Positions 7,902 through 15,600 of a stretch of DNA of 32,000 nucleotides are shown one piece after another. The stretch is from Promethearchaeum syntrophicum (GTDB taxonomy: Archaea; Asgardarchaeota; Lokiarchaeia; Sigyniarchaeales; Promethearchaeaceae). Numbering within the stretch: position 1 is the stretch's first letter; each line of letters opens with the position of its first letter. The stretch is taken from contig NZ_CP042905.2 in the NCBI RefSeq assembly GCF_008000775.2, positions 2,610,001-2,642,000 of the forward strand, given 5' to 3'. The position numbers were made by a program, and so were the translations under genes. A model generated the notes under the pieces. The model ran no database searches, was not told where the DNA came from, and worked only from the letters and a program-made list of their open reading frames with translations.

Positions 7902-7921
7902 TTATTTCATCTCTTAAATTT

Positions 7922-8602
7922 TTATTTGAACATTTTTCCCGTTATTTTTTTAATTTCGATATAATCCAGGTTATCAATTTCAAAAAGATATTTCATTGTA
8001 GTTCTAATAGAACTATGACCGAGTAATTTTGAAATATCGTTAATGGGAAGACCATTTTTAATAAGAAAACTTGCATAAGTTCGCCTTAAACTATGGCTTC
8101 CTATATTATAACCTATAGAAAGGCATTGTCGAGCATATTTATTAATAAATCCGATAACCGAATTTTTTAAAAATGAACCATGTTTATTTGACTGGAAAAC
8201 ATATCCAGTTTTTCTATTTCCAATAGAATTTTTTATATCTCTAACTAATTCTTTCGGAATTGGAATCCTTCTATTACTTGAAAGTGTTTTAACTCGGAAA
8301 GATTTTAAATATTTAGTGGCATTCCTGGACTGAATTAAAACAAAACCGTTATACAAATTTAGTTGAGAAATTCCCATATTGCATAATTCACTAACTCTTA
8401 AACCTAATCCCATTTGTGTTTTAATCATTAAAGCATGTTTAAAATTTTGTTTTTCTGCAATTTGAAGTAATTCCTTTCTTTGATTTTGATTTAAAGCAAA
8501 TTTAATTTTTCGAATTTTATAAGAATTTTTTATTCCGGGATTAACCTGATAAACCGAAGGAATTAAATTTGGTGAGCCGGATAGATTATTTTCAGAAATC
8601 AT
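7922..8602 (-). CDS. Tyrosine recombinase / integrase (minimal, 226 aa)
   Basis: Catalytic signature: LGLRVSEL (Arg I), HSLRRT (His-x-x-Arg II) and LGHSSIRTTMKYL (His plus the Tyr nucleophile). There are only ~45 aa N-terminal to the catalytic domain. Confidence 0.85.
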   Translation of the reverse strand: MISENNLSGSPNLIPSVYQVNPGIKNSYKIRKIKFALNQNQRKELLQIAEKQNFKHALMIKTQMGLGLRVSELCNMGISQLNLYNGFVLIQSRNATKYLKSFRVKTLSSNRRIPIPKELVRDIKNSIGNRKTGYVFQSNKHGSFLKNSVIGFINKYARQCLSIGYNIGSHSLRRTYASFLIKNGLPINDISKLLGHSSIRTTMKYLFEIDNLDYIEIKKITGKMFK

Positions 8603-8760
8603 ACGTTTTCAAACCTTATCATTCGTTCTAAGGGTATTTTTTAGATATTTAAGGTAAGAGTAATCATAATTAACTCCTACAATAGTTATTATTTTTTCAT
8701 CCATAAAAAGTTTATACTAGTATATACTTTTTTAGAAACAAATATAATAATTCATAGTAA

Positions 8761-9054
8761 ATGATCGAATCCCTGAATATTCAGAAAAATCAAGGAGAAT
8801 TTTATAAATTTGATTATACTTCCATTATTTCTCAGGCTATTCAATACTTAATTAATACTTCAAAATCTCAAACAATTTCTTTTACTTGCAAATCCTTAAA
8901 GAAAAGAGTGAGAGAAGAATCAGGAATTGTATTATCTGGATGTAAAATTCGATTTGGTTTATACGAATTACTTTCAAAATATCGAATAAAAATCGATAGA
9001 AGTAGGCAAAAATACAGATATTTTTTGGATAATCCAATATTCAAAATGAACTAA
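8761..9054 (+). CDS. Hypothetical protein, 97 aa
   Basis: ATG start, divergent from the integrase. Its last 28 nt form the start of the 182-bp tandem repeat. Confidence 0.35.
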   Translation: MIESLNIQKNQGEFYKFDYTSIISQAIQYLINTSKSQTISFTCKSLKKRVREESGIVLSGCKIRFGLYELLSKYRIKIDRSRQKYRYFLDNPIFKMN

Positions 9055-9395
9055 ACAAATGAAGTAATGTTTACTAAATACATTCCGTTTTTTAAAAATA
9101 TTAGAAAAATTTCAATCGAATGTATTAAAGAATTGACTCTACATCTTTAATATTTATTTGAACAGTTTTCCCGTTATTTCATTAATGGCAAAAACATATC
9201 AATTAATTGGATAATCCAATATTCCAAATTATCGGATCAAAAGAAGTAATGTCTATTAATTACTCCCCTTTTTTTCAATAATTAGAAAAATTTTACAAAA
9301 TGTGCTAAGGAGTATAATTTTCTTCTAAAAACTTTCATATTATCAATTTTTCCACTATTTCTTTGATGGCAATGACAGGTCAATGAATCAATCAA
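9027..9395. repeat. Degenerate tandem duplication, unit ~182 bp; each unit ends with a segment resembling the integrase 3' end
   Basis: GGATAATCCAATATTC starts at 9027 and 9209. 9153-9186 matches 7921-7954 (33 nt with 3 mismatches). A weaker third copy lies around 9338-9375. Confidence 0.7.
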
Positions 9396-10109
9396 AAGAA
9401 AGTTTTTTTTTTGATGCTTGGATTTTTTATTATAAAAATTAAAATTATATCAGAAAATCAATAAAAACACCTAGACAAACAATTGAATGATGAAAAACTG
9501 AACAAAAATAACTTTTAAATGGAACAATTTTGTTCAATAATATTATAAAATCTGACTAAATTTGTTCAATTTTCGATAAAAGTATTATATTACCCTCCCC
9601 CCATCTTTGCCATTGCCATATTTTTTTGCCATATATGTGATATATTTTTCTAAATTTTCTGAAAGTGTTCAACATCCCATATCTTCTTTTTATTTAGGGG
9701 GGATGTGTGTTTTTCTCTTTATTTTGTATTCTTTTTAGGTTGGCTAACCTATTTTAAGTCATCTGACTTAATTATAGAATATTAATATGCGAAATCATCT
9801 TAACGTTTACCCATATTTTTTATTTTTTACTTTACCAGGTAAAAATTTCTGATATTTTGAATTAAATTAACTCATGTTTCGAATTCAAAATGAACGATAC
9901 GGTTCAAAGTGGAGAATGATATTTAGGGGAGATTAGTTGAGAAATAGATGATTATTTTTATCATGTTCAATAATGTTCTCTCAAATATCCAAACAAAAGA
10001 AGTAAAAGATTTATTGCATACACTAGACAACATTCAAGAAATATAATATTTAATTGGAAAAAATCCAAATAATTTATTCTTATTAGGAAAATATTCAAAA
10101 TTGAATCAT

Positions 10110-10123
10110 GGACAGCATTGTCC
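10110..10123. promoter_or_regulatory. Palindrome GGACA-gcat-TGTCC (operator-like), site 1
   Basis: Context is ATGGACAgcatTGTCCT. A related site lies 63 bp downstream. Confidence 0.35.
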
Positions 10124-10172
10124 TAAACTCCTTAAAACTCATCAGTAAGTAAATGTTTTATAATATTTTTAT

Positions 10173-10185
10173 GGACAATTTGTCC
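10173..10185. promoter_or_regulatory. Perfect 13-bp palindrome GGACAA-t-TTGTCC (operator-like), site 2
   Basis: Context is ATGGACAAtTTGTCCT. Confidence 0.35.
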
Positions 10186-10433
10186 TTTGTATGTTTTTTA
10201 AAATATTTTGATAAAAAAAGACATTCTCTAACTCATATTTTTGGCTACTATCATAGAGATCAATAGTAGAAAAAACTCAAAAACGAACAACCCCTCTCTT
10301 TTCTTTTAAAATTATATTTTATACCTGGAGTAAAAATTATAATTTTTTAGTGGATCCATTAATTTTCCAAAAATACCATATTTGGCAAAAACAAGAAAAA
10401 ACTAGGAAATCAGGGAATTACCGATTTTAGTAA

Positions 10434-10748
10434 TTAAGAGATAATTACTTTTTTTCGTAATTTCCAATTATTTTTTAATATTATTGCAGGACCAAAAACA
10501 TGAACTTCTTCTGGTTCTAATTGAACTTCAAAGCCTTCAATATCATCATGAATACTTTTCAAATAAAATGGAATCGGAGTATCCACACAATGCCTACTTG
10601 AATTACAAAAATCAATATTTGATAATAATAATTCTATATCCTGAGATACTTTTGATAATTTTTTTCTGATATTATTTCTCATTTTTGCTTCGTATTCAGG
10701 ACTTATTTTTTTTCCTTCTAAAAATTCGCGTTCGGTTTTTGATAACAT
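10434..10748 (-). CDS. Hypothetical protein (104 aa from ATG MLSKTEREFLEG...)
   Basis: AAGGTG lies 6 nt upstream of the ATG at 10748. The track start at 10757 is GTG, inside that SD. Confidence 0.45.
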   Translation of the reverse strand: MLSKTEREFLEGKKISPEYEAKMRNNIRKKLSKVSQDIELLLSNIDFCNSSRHCVDTPIPFYLKSIHDDIEGFEVQLEPEEVHVFGPAIILKNNWKLRKKVIIS

Positions 10749-10758
10749 ATTTTTCACC

Positions 10759-11112
10759 TTAAACTTCTTTCATCCATTCTGAAAGGTTTGATAAGAAATT
10801 TCCAAATACATTAACGTTTGAAAACATGTCCTTAACTTCCAGTTCTAACATTCTCATATTTGAAGTTTTATCGCCTTTTCCCCCAATTGCAATTTTCTTT
10901 AATCCCCTTAAAGTATCAATAGACATTTTGAATGGATTAATCTCATATTTACCTTTCTTTTGGAAGTGTGGTTTTATTTCTTCCGAAATTTTCTTTTTTG
11001 CTTTAATACCAGGAAGAGTATTTTTTTTCTTTGTTTGTAATCTTTCTTGTTCTAACCTTTCTCTTTCTTCCAGTTCTAATTTTGCTTTTCTTAATTTATC
11101 TGCAATATTCAT
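10759..11112 (-). CDS. Hypothetical basic coiled-coil protein (117 aa from ATG MNIADKLRK...)
   Basis: AAGGAG lies 10 nt upstream of the ATG at 11112. The stop of the upstream gene is 1 nt before this ATG. Confidence 0.45.
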   Translation of the reverse strand: MNIADKLRKAKLELEERERLEQERLQTKKKNTLPGIKAKKKISEEIKPHFQKKGKYEINPFKMSIDTLRGLKKIAIGGKGDKTSNMRMLELEVKDMFSNVNVFGNFLSNLSEWMKEV

Positions 11113-11113
11113 T

Positions 11114-11422
11114 TTAATCAATCTCCTTTTCAATTTTTTCCATTGCCTTAAAGTCTTGTTCGGAAGTTAATTTTAAAAACGGTTCTATTTCTATTGCTTT
11201 TTCAAAGAGTTTCAAAATTTGATTTAATGATTCTTTAATTTCATCATTCACTTTACTATTCACTTTACTTTCTGCTTTACTTTCAGTTGGATTATTTCTG
11301 TCTTTAATTCGTTTAATTGTTCTACTAGAAACACCTAATTTCTCGGTTGTTTCTATATATGTATGATTCTTTAGATAATCCAACACTTTCTTATCATTTT
11401 CTTGATTTATTTTGCGAGGCAT
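11114..11422 (-). CDS. Helix-turn-helix DNA-binding protein, 102 aa
   Basis: The N-terminus DYLKNHTYIETTEKLGVSSRTIKRIKDR is a typical HTH. It is the first gene of a three-gene minus-strand unit next to attR. Confidence 0.5.
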   Translation of the reverse strand: MPRKINQENDKKVLDYLKNHTYIETTEKLGVSSRTIKRIKDRNNPTESKAESKVNSKVNDEIKESLNQILKLFEKAIEIEPFLKLTSEQDFKAMEKIEKEID

Positions 11423-11450
11423 ATTTTTTTCACTAATTAATATTAAAACA

Positions 11451-11489
11451 CTTTACTTATTTAAGTATTTTGAATAATCATAAGTAAAG
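11451..11489. promoter_or_regulatory. 10-bp perfect inverted repeat CTTTACTTAT / ATAAGTAAAG in the promoter region of the HTH gene (operator candidate)
   Basis: The arms are at 11451-11460 and 11480-11489 with a 19-nt spacer. An extra AGTAAAG lies at 11494-11500. Confidence 0.35.
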
Positions 11490-11540
11490 CGAAAGTAAAG
11501 TCTTTTTGAATGGATTTTGAATGATTTGGGAATAAAGATA

Positions 11541-11653
11541 TTTGCGTGAAATTTTTAATTCAAATTTAAAGGAAATTTTTTCTTGTGATAAATATCATAA
11601 TTAAAGCCAATAAATAAGGGGGTATTAAGAATAAACCAGCAATTTCACGCAAA
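11541..11653. repeat. 13-bp perfect inverted repeat TTTGCGTGAAATT / AATTTCACGCAAA separated by 87 nt; the right arm overlaps the putative attR
   Basis: The arms are at 11541-11553 and 11641-11653. Confidence 0.7.
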
Positions 11654-11670
11654 ACCCTATAGTTTGGGAT
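11642..11670. repeat. Putative attR (right copy of the bounding direct repeat)
   Basis: ATTTCACGcaaaaCCCTATAGTTtggGAT matches 290-318 (23/29). Both copies are followed by AAATATT within ~15 nt. Confidence 0.5.
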
Positions 11671-11843
11671 GTTATCTAAATATTAAATTACAAAGGAAGA
11701 AGAAATCGAATAAAATCATATCATAAATTGATTTAAGATCAGAAATAATCAGAAAAAAATATACATAATGGGATCAAATACAGATTATAAAAATTATCAA
11801 AAATAATCCCCTTCTGGATTCAAGTAAATTTAGATTATTTTTT

Positions 11844-12428
11844 CTATTTAAGCATTCTATTACCAATTTCATTGAAAAGTTCTTCTACACCATTACTATT
11901 CAAAGCAGATGTCTTAATAAAGTAATCAATATTGAAATCGTTTTTACACTGTTCTATTTCATCTGGAGAAATTGCTATAGAATTATTTGAAACTAAATCT
12001 TCTTTTGTTCCTACTAAGAAGAATTTTACATTCTTATTCCCCCATACACCCCCTTCTTTTAAAATATCAATCCAATCATATAATCTCTTAAGAGTAGGAA
12101 GCCTAGCTAAATCAAAACATAAAACTACCCCTTCAGCACCCCGAACATAATCCTTCAATATAAACCTAAATCGTTCCTGCCCTGCAAAATCCCAAAGTAA
12201 CAAATTAATATGATTAATATTTTTCTCATCAGTTTTTTCAATTTTTTTCATGAAAAAATCTGATCCTATTGTCATTTTGGTTGAATCTACAAAGATATTA
12301 CTAACGGTTCTATGCAATAAAGTAGTTTTTCCAACTCCTCCTTCCCCAAGTATCACTATTTTTTTCTGGATGTTTCGAATAACTTTTTGATCTTCGCTCA
12401 CTGTAAGTTGATTGATATTTGATTGCAT
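11844..12428 (-). CDS. Rab/Ras-like small GTPase
   Basis: G1 GEGGVGKTT, G2 MTIGSDF, G3 WDFAGQERF, G4 GTKED (NKxD variant) and G5 TSAL. No C-terminal Cys prenylation motif. I prefer the ATG at 12428 (the track start at 12437 is TTG). Confidence 0.85.
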   Translation of the reverse strand: MQSNINQLTVSEDQKVIRNIQKKIVILGEGGVGKTTLLHRTVSNIFVDSTKMTIGSDFFMKKIEKTDEKNINHINLLLWDFAGQERFRFILKDYVRGAEGVVLCFDLARLPTLKRLYDWIDILKEGGVWGNKNVKFFLVGTKEDLVSNNSIAISPDEIEQCKNDFNIDYFIKTSALNSNGVEELFNEIGNRMLK

Positions 12429-12697
12429 TGTTATCAAGGAGATAGTTAGTAAATTGACATTTATTATAGCTTTATTGAAAAAATTCTATGAATAATTTGT
12501 AAATATTGTGAATAATTATTCGTTTTTTCTCCGTGAAATGCTTAATTTCAGAAATTTCGATAAATGAAGCATTTTCTACAAAAGTGTTAAGGATGATATT
12601 TACGTTTGAAAAATGTATAATTATTGATAGAAGTATAGAAATTAGACGGTATATCATTTTTTTATACACAAAACAAAACCTTCGGATCAAACTAAAA

Positions 12698-15600
12698 ATG
12701 AAATCTAAACATATTATGCTTTCTTATTCTAAAATATTTTTCAAATCAGCAAGTTTTCTTATAATTTTACTTGTAACCTTTTCTCAATATTCAATTTTAC
12801 ATTTTGATAATTCTAATTCAAACCAATCTTTTGTAAATAACGAAGATGATTTAACAAACATCAATAAAAACGCACCGCAATCGGCTCAAGATTTTATAGA
12901 TTTCGAGAATGCCCCATTGTTATTCCGTATTCATGAGAAAGGTTATATAGATGATAGAGTTGCTGCAAATTTATGGTATGAAGGATTCCTCCATAGCGTT
13001 GATTATATGTGTTATTTATCAATTAACAATGGGGAAGTTTGGGCACTAGAACAATTCAATGTTGTAAAAAGTTTAACAAACTTGACAGAATTTGTTGATG
13101 GAGATTTTACACGGCAACTAGTAGCTGAGTCAATAGTCCAACACCCAGAAGAAGATGTTTATGTAAAAAATCAGATAAAACTTTATCCAGATGAGGAATT
13201 TTTTGTGATGACATATATGATTTGGAGTGAAACAATTAATATAACGAGTGCAGAACTTTTTTTTTATAATGATCTGGATATTGATGAAACATTCAATGAT
13301 GATAATGCTGATTACGATCCTTCGACAGAATTAATTTACTCTTCCGATAAGTTCACTCATACATCCTTAGGGTGGATTTCAACGTATCCTATTTCTTCAT
13401 GGGATTTAGGACCCTATACTATAATAGAAGATAATGTTATAAATGATGCTTTAGGAGAAACAATCTCAGATTATGGAGATATTTCCTTAGCAACAAAATA
13501 TGAAAAGAAAAATTTCAATGAAAATGAAACTTGGGTTGTTCCCCTAATTTATGGATTTGCAACATCAGAAGCAGATCTTTATACAAAAACAGTTGATATT
13601 AAGAATCAATTTATTGATGATTTCTCAGTCTTAGATTTTACAGCAAATCTAACAGATAATCCTTCGGTAAATGCAACAATTTTAAATGGAGGCCAAAATG
13701 AATTAACACGAAACGTTAGCGTTTTTAGAAATGGAACATACCTTCAAAGCCAAGAGATTACATTATTACCAGGTGAACTTGATACTAATGTAACTTTTGA
13801 TAATCTATTACTTAATCCTGGTGAATATAATGAGATAACTGTTTTAATAAATGATATTATTAATGATTATCAGCCGAATAATGAAATTTCTCACACTTAT
13901 TTATATCAAGAAAGATTTAGAATTAATATTAAAGATCTTGATGGATTTGATGTAGAGGGATTGAATGTTTCTTTATATCATAATGTTTCTAAAGCATTGA
14001 TCCATTCAGCATTTACCGATGAATTTGGTAATGCAACTTTTGTTGATCTTCCAGAAAATAATTACACTCTAAAAGCATATGCTCCTTGGATGAATGAAAA
14101 CCATCAATTAATTTATGAAGAAAATTTTACTTACCCTGATGTGGGAGATTTTTATCAAATTCAATCCAATTTAACTACATTGATACTCCATATTATGGAT
14201 GTTGAAGATAATTCAGTAGAAAGTGCATCTATCGATATATATGAGAATTTTGAACCTGAAACTATTATATGGTCAGGATTAACTGATCAAAATGGCAATA
14301 TAACTTTTCTATTTTTAAATCAGACATATGATATTAATGTTACATACTTCAATTATGAAAAATCATTATTATTAGAACCAATATTAGATCTAAGCCTAAT
14401 AGAAAAAACTAACCGAACTCATCAAGTTTCATTAACTAATTTAACATTTCATCTTAAAAATAGAAATATTGCTAGTCCAACAAATTTAACTGGTGCAAAA
14501 CTTGAATTTTATGAAAAAGTTAATTCAACTTCATTCGGGAATTATATTGGTTTTGATTTAGTAGATTTGATTGAAAATGTAAGTATTTACTGGGATGCGC
14601 GTATAAATTATTCAATTCGAGTTATTTTTTTTGGTGGATATTGCCCAATCGGAGACCCAGAAGCGGAATCATTAAATTTTACAGAATCTCCATACAACTC
14701 ATATTATTATCTTGTTTTTAATGTGTCTATAGAGGATTATGATTATTTAACAGAAATTATTTCTTTTAATTTACCACCAATCATTTATACTTGGGAGGAT
14801 AATATAGATTTTAAATTTATGATAAATGTGTCGGGTCCTGACTATGAAGGACCAAAATATGCGGATGAGACATTTATCAGAATCCAAAACCAAAACTTTG
14901 AAACTGTTTATGATGGGAATGCCACAAATATAGATGGTCAGCTGGGAAACCATAGTTTTGTATTAAACACTTCAAGCGGAATTTTTACATCTGATAATCC
15001 TGAAACGTATTTTTTAAGAATATTCGCACAAATCGAAAGTTATGATAATCCAGCATCTATTTTACTTCCATTTAGTATTTACAATATCACCACAGATATG
15101 GATTTGCATTCTTCATCTGAAACCTTATATTGGAAAGATAATTTCACGATTTCAGCTAATTATTTTAATGCGCTAGATAACGAGAAGATAATAAAAGATG
15201 GATATGCCACTGTATCTTGGGGCCAAAATTTTATAAATTACCCCATGCAAAATCTAGGAAACGGTACATATACAATTGAGATAAATTCATCAATAGGTTC
15301 TCCAGGTAATAGCATTGTTAACGTGAAATGTTATAGAGAAAACTATAATGTACAAGAAAGGAAATTTTATTTAAATGTGATGGAAGTCCCAACTACCGTG
15401 AATGGCTCAATTTTATTTGGTTCTGGTCATTCTCAATTTGTTTCTACCCAAAATTTAACGTTAGATTATAATTTTATTGATTCTTATCGAAATATTTCAA
15501 TTCCTGATCTTTCTCCAATGTATTCGATAATTAATTCAGAAACTGATGAGCAGTATACTGGATATTTAACAACTAATGAATCTGGTTTTTATTCATTTGA

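Larger units (their letters stand above)
290..11670. mobile_element. Integrated plasmid/provirus-like element (~11.4 kb) with integrase, SF3-helicase Rep, small DNA-binding proteins and iteron fields
   Basis: Bounded by an imperfect direct repeat (290-318 vs 11642-11670, 23/29 identical). Contains a tyrosine recombinase (7922-8602), a P-loop SF3-type replication protein (1014-4055), RHH, wHTH and HTH ORFs, and mostly short orphan ORFs on one strand. Confidence 0.7.

Noticed and set aside
240-11843. A tRNA gene as the integration target at either end of the element
   Set aside because: Neither junction region contains any GC-rich ~75-nt segment with acceptor or T-arm-like complementarity. I found no tRNA-like sequence anywhere in the window.
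12532-12547. A third copy of the att-arm-like sequence (CGTGAAATgcTTAATT vs CGTGAAATttTTAATT at 11545-11560), which would bracket the GTPase gene
   Set aside because: It is only a 14/16 match, half of it generic AT sequence, with no further homology on either side. It is plausibly chance and not enough to claim the GTPase gene is on a cassette.
12472-12697. 72-aa minus-strand ORF (12472-12690) and the 55-codon N-terminal extension of the giant ORF (12533-12697)
   Set aside because: Both lie in the divergent promoter region and are AT-rich low-complexity reading frames. The hydrophobic signal/anchor begins right after the ATG at 12698, which is the sensible start.
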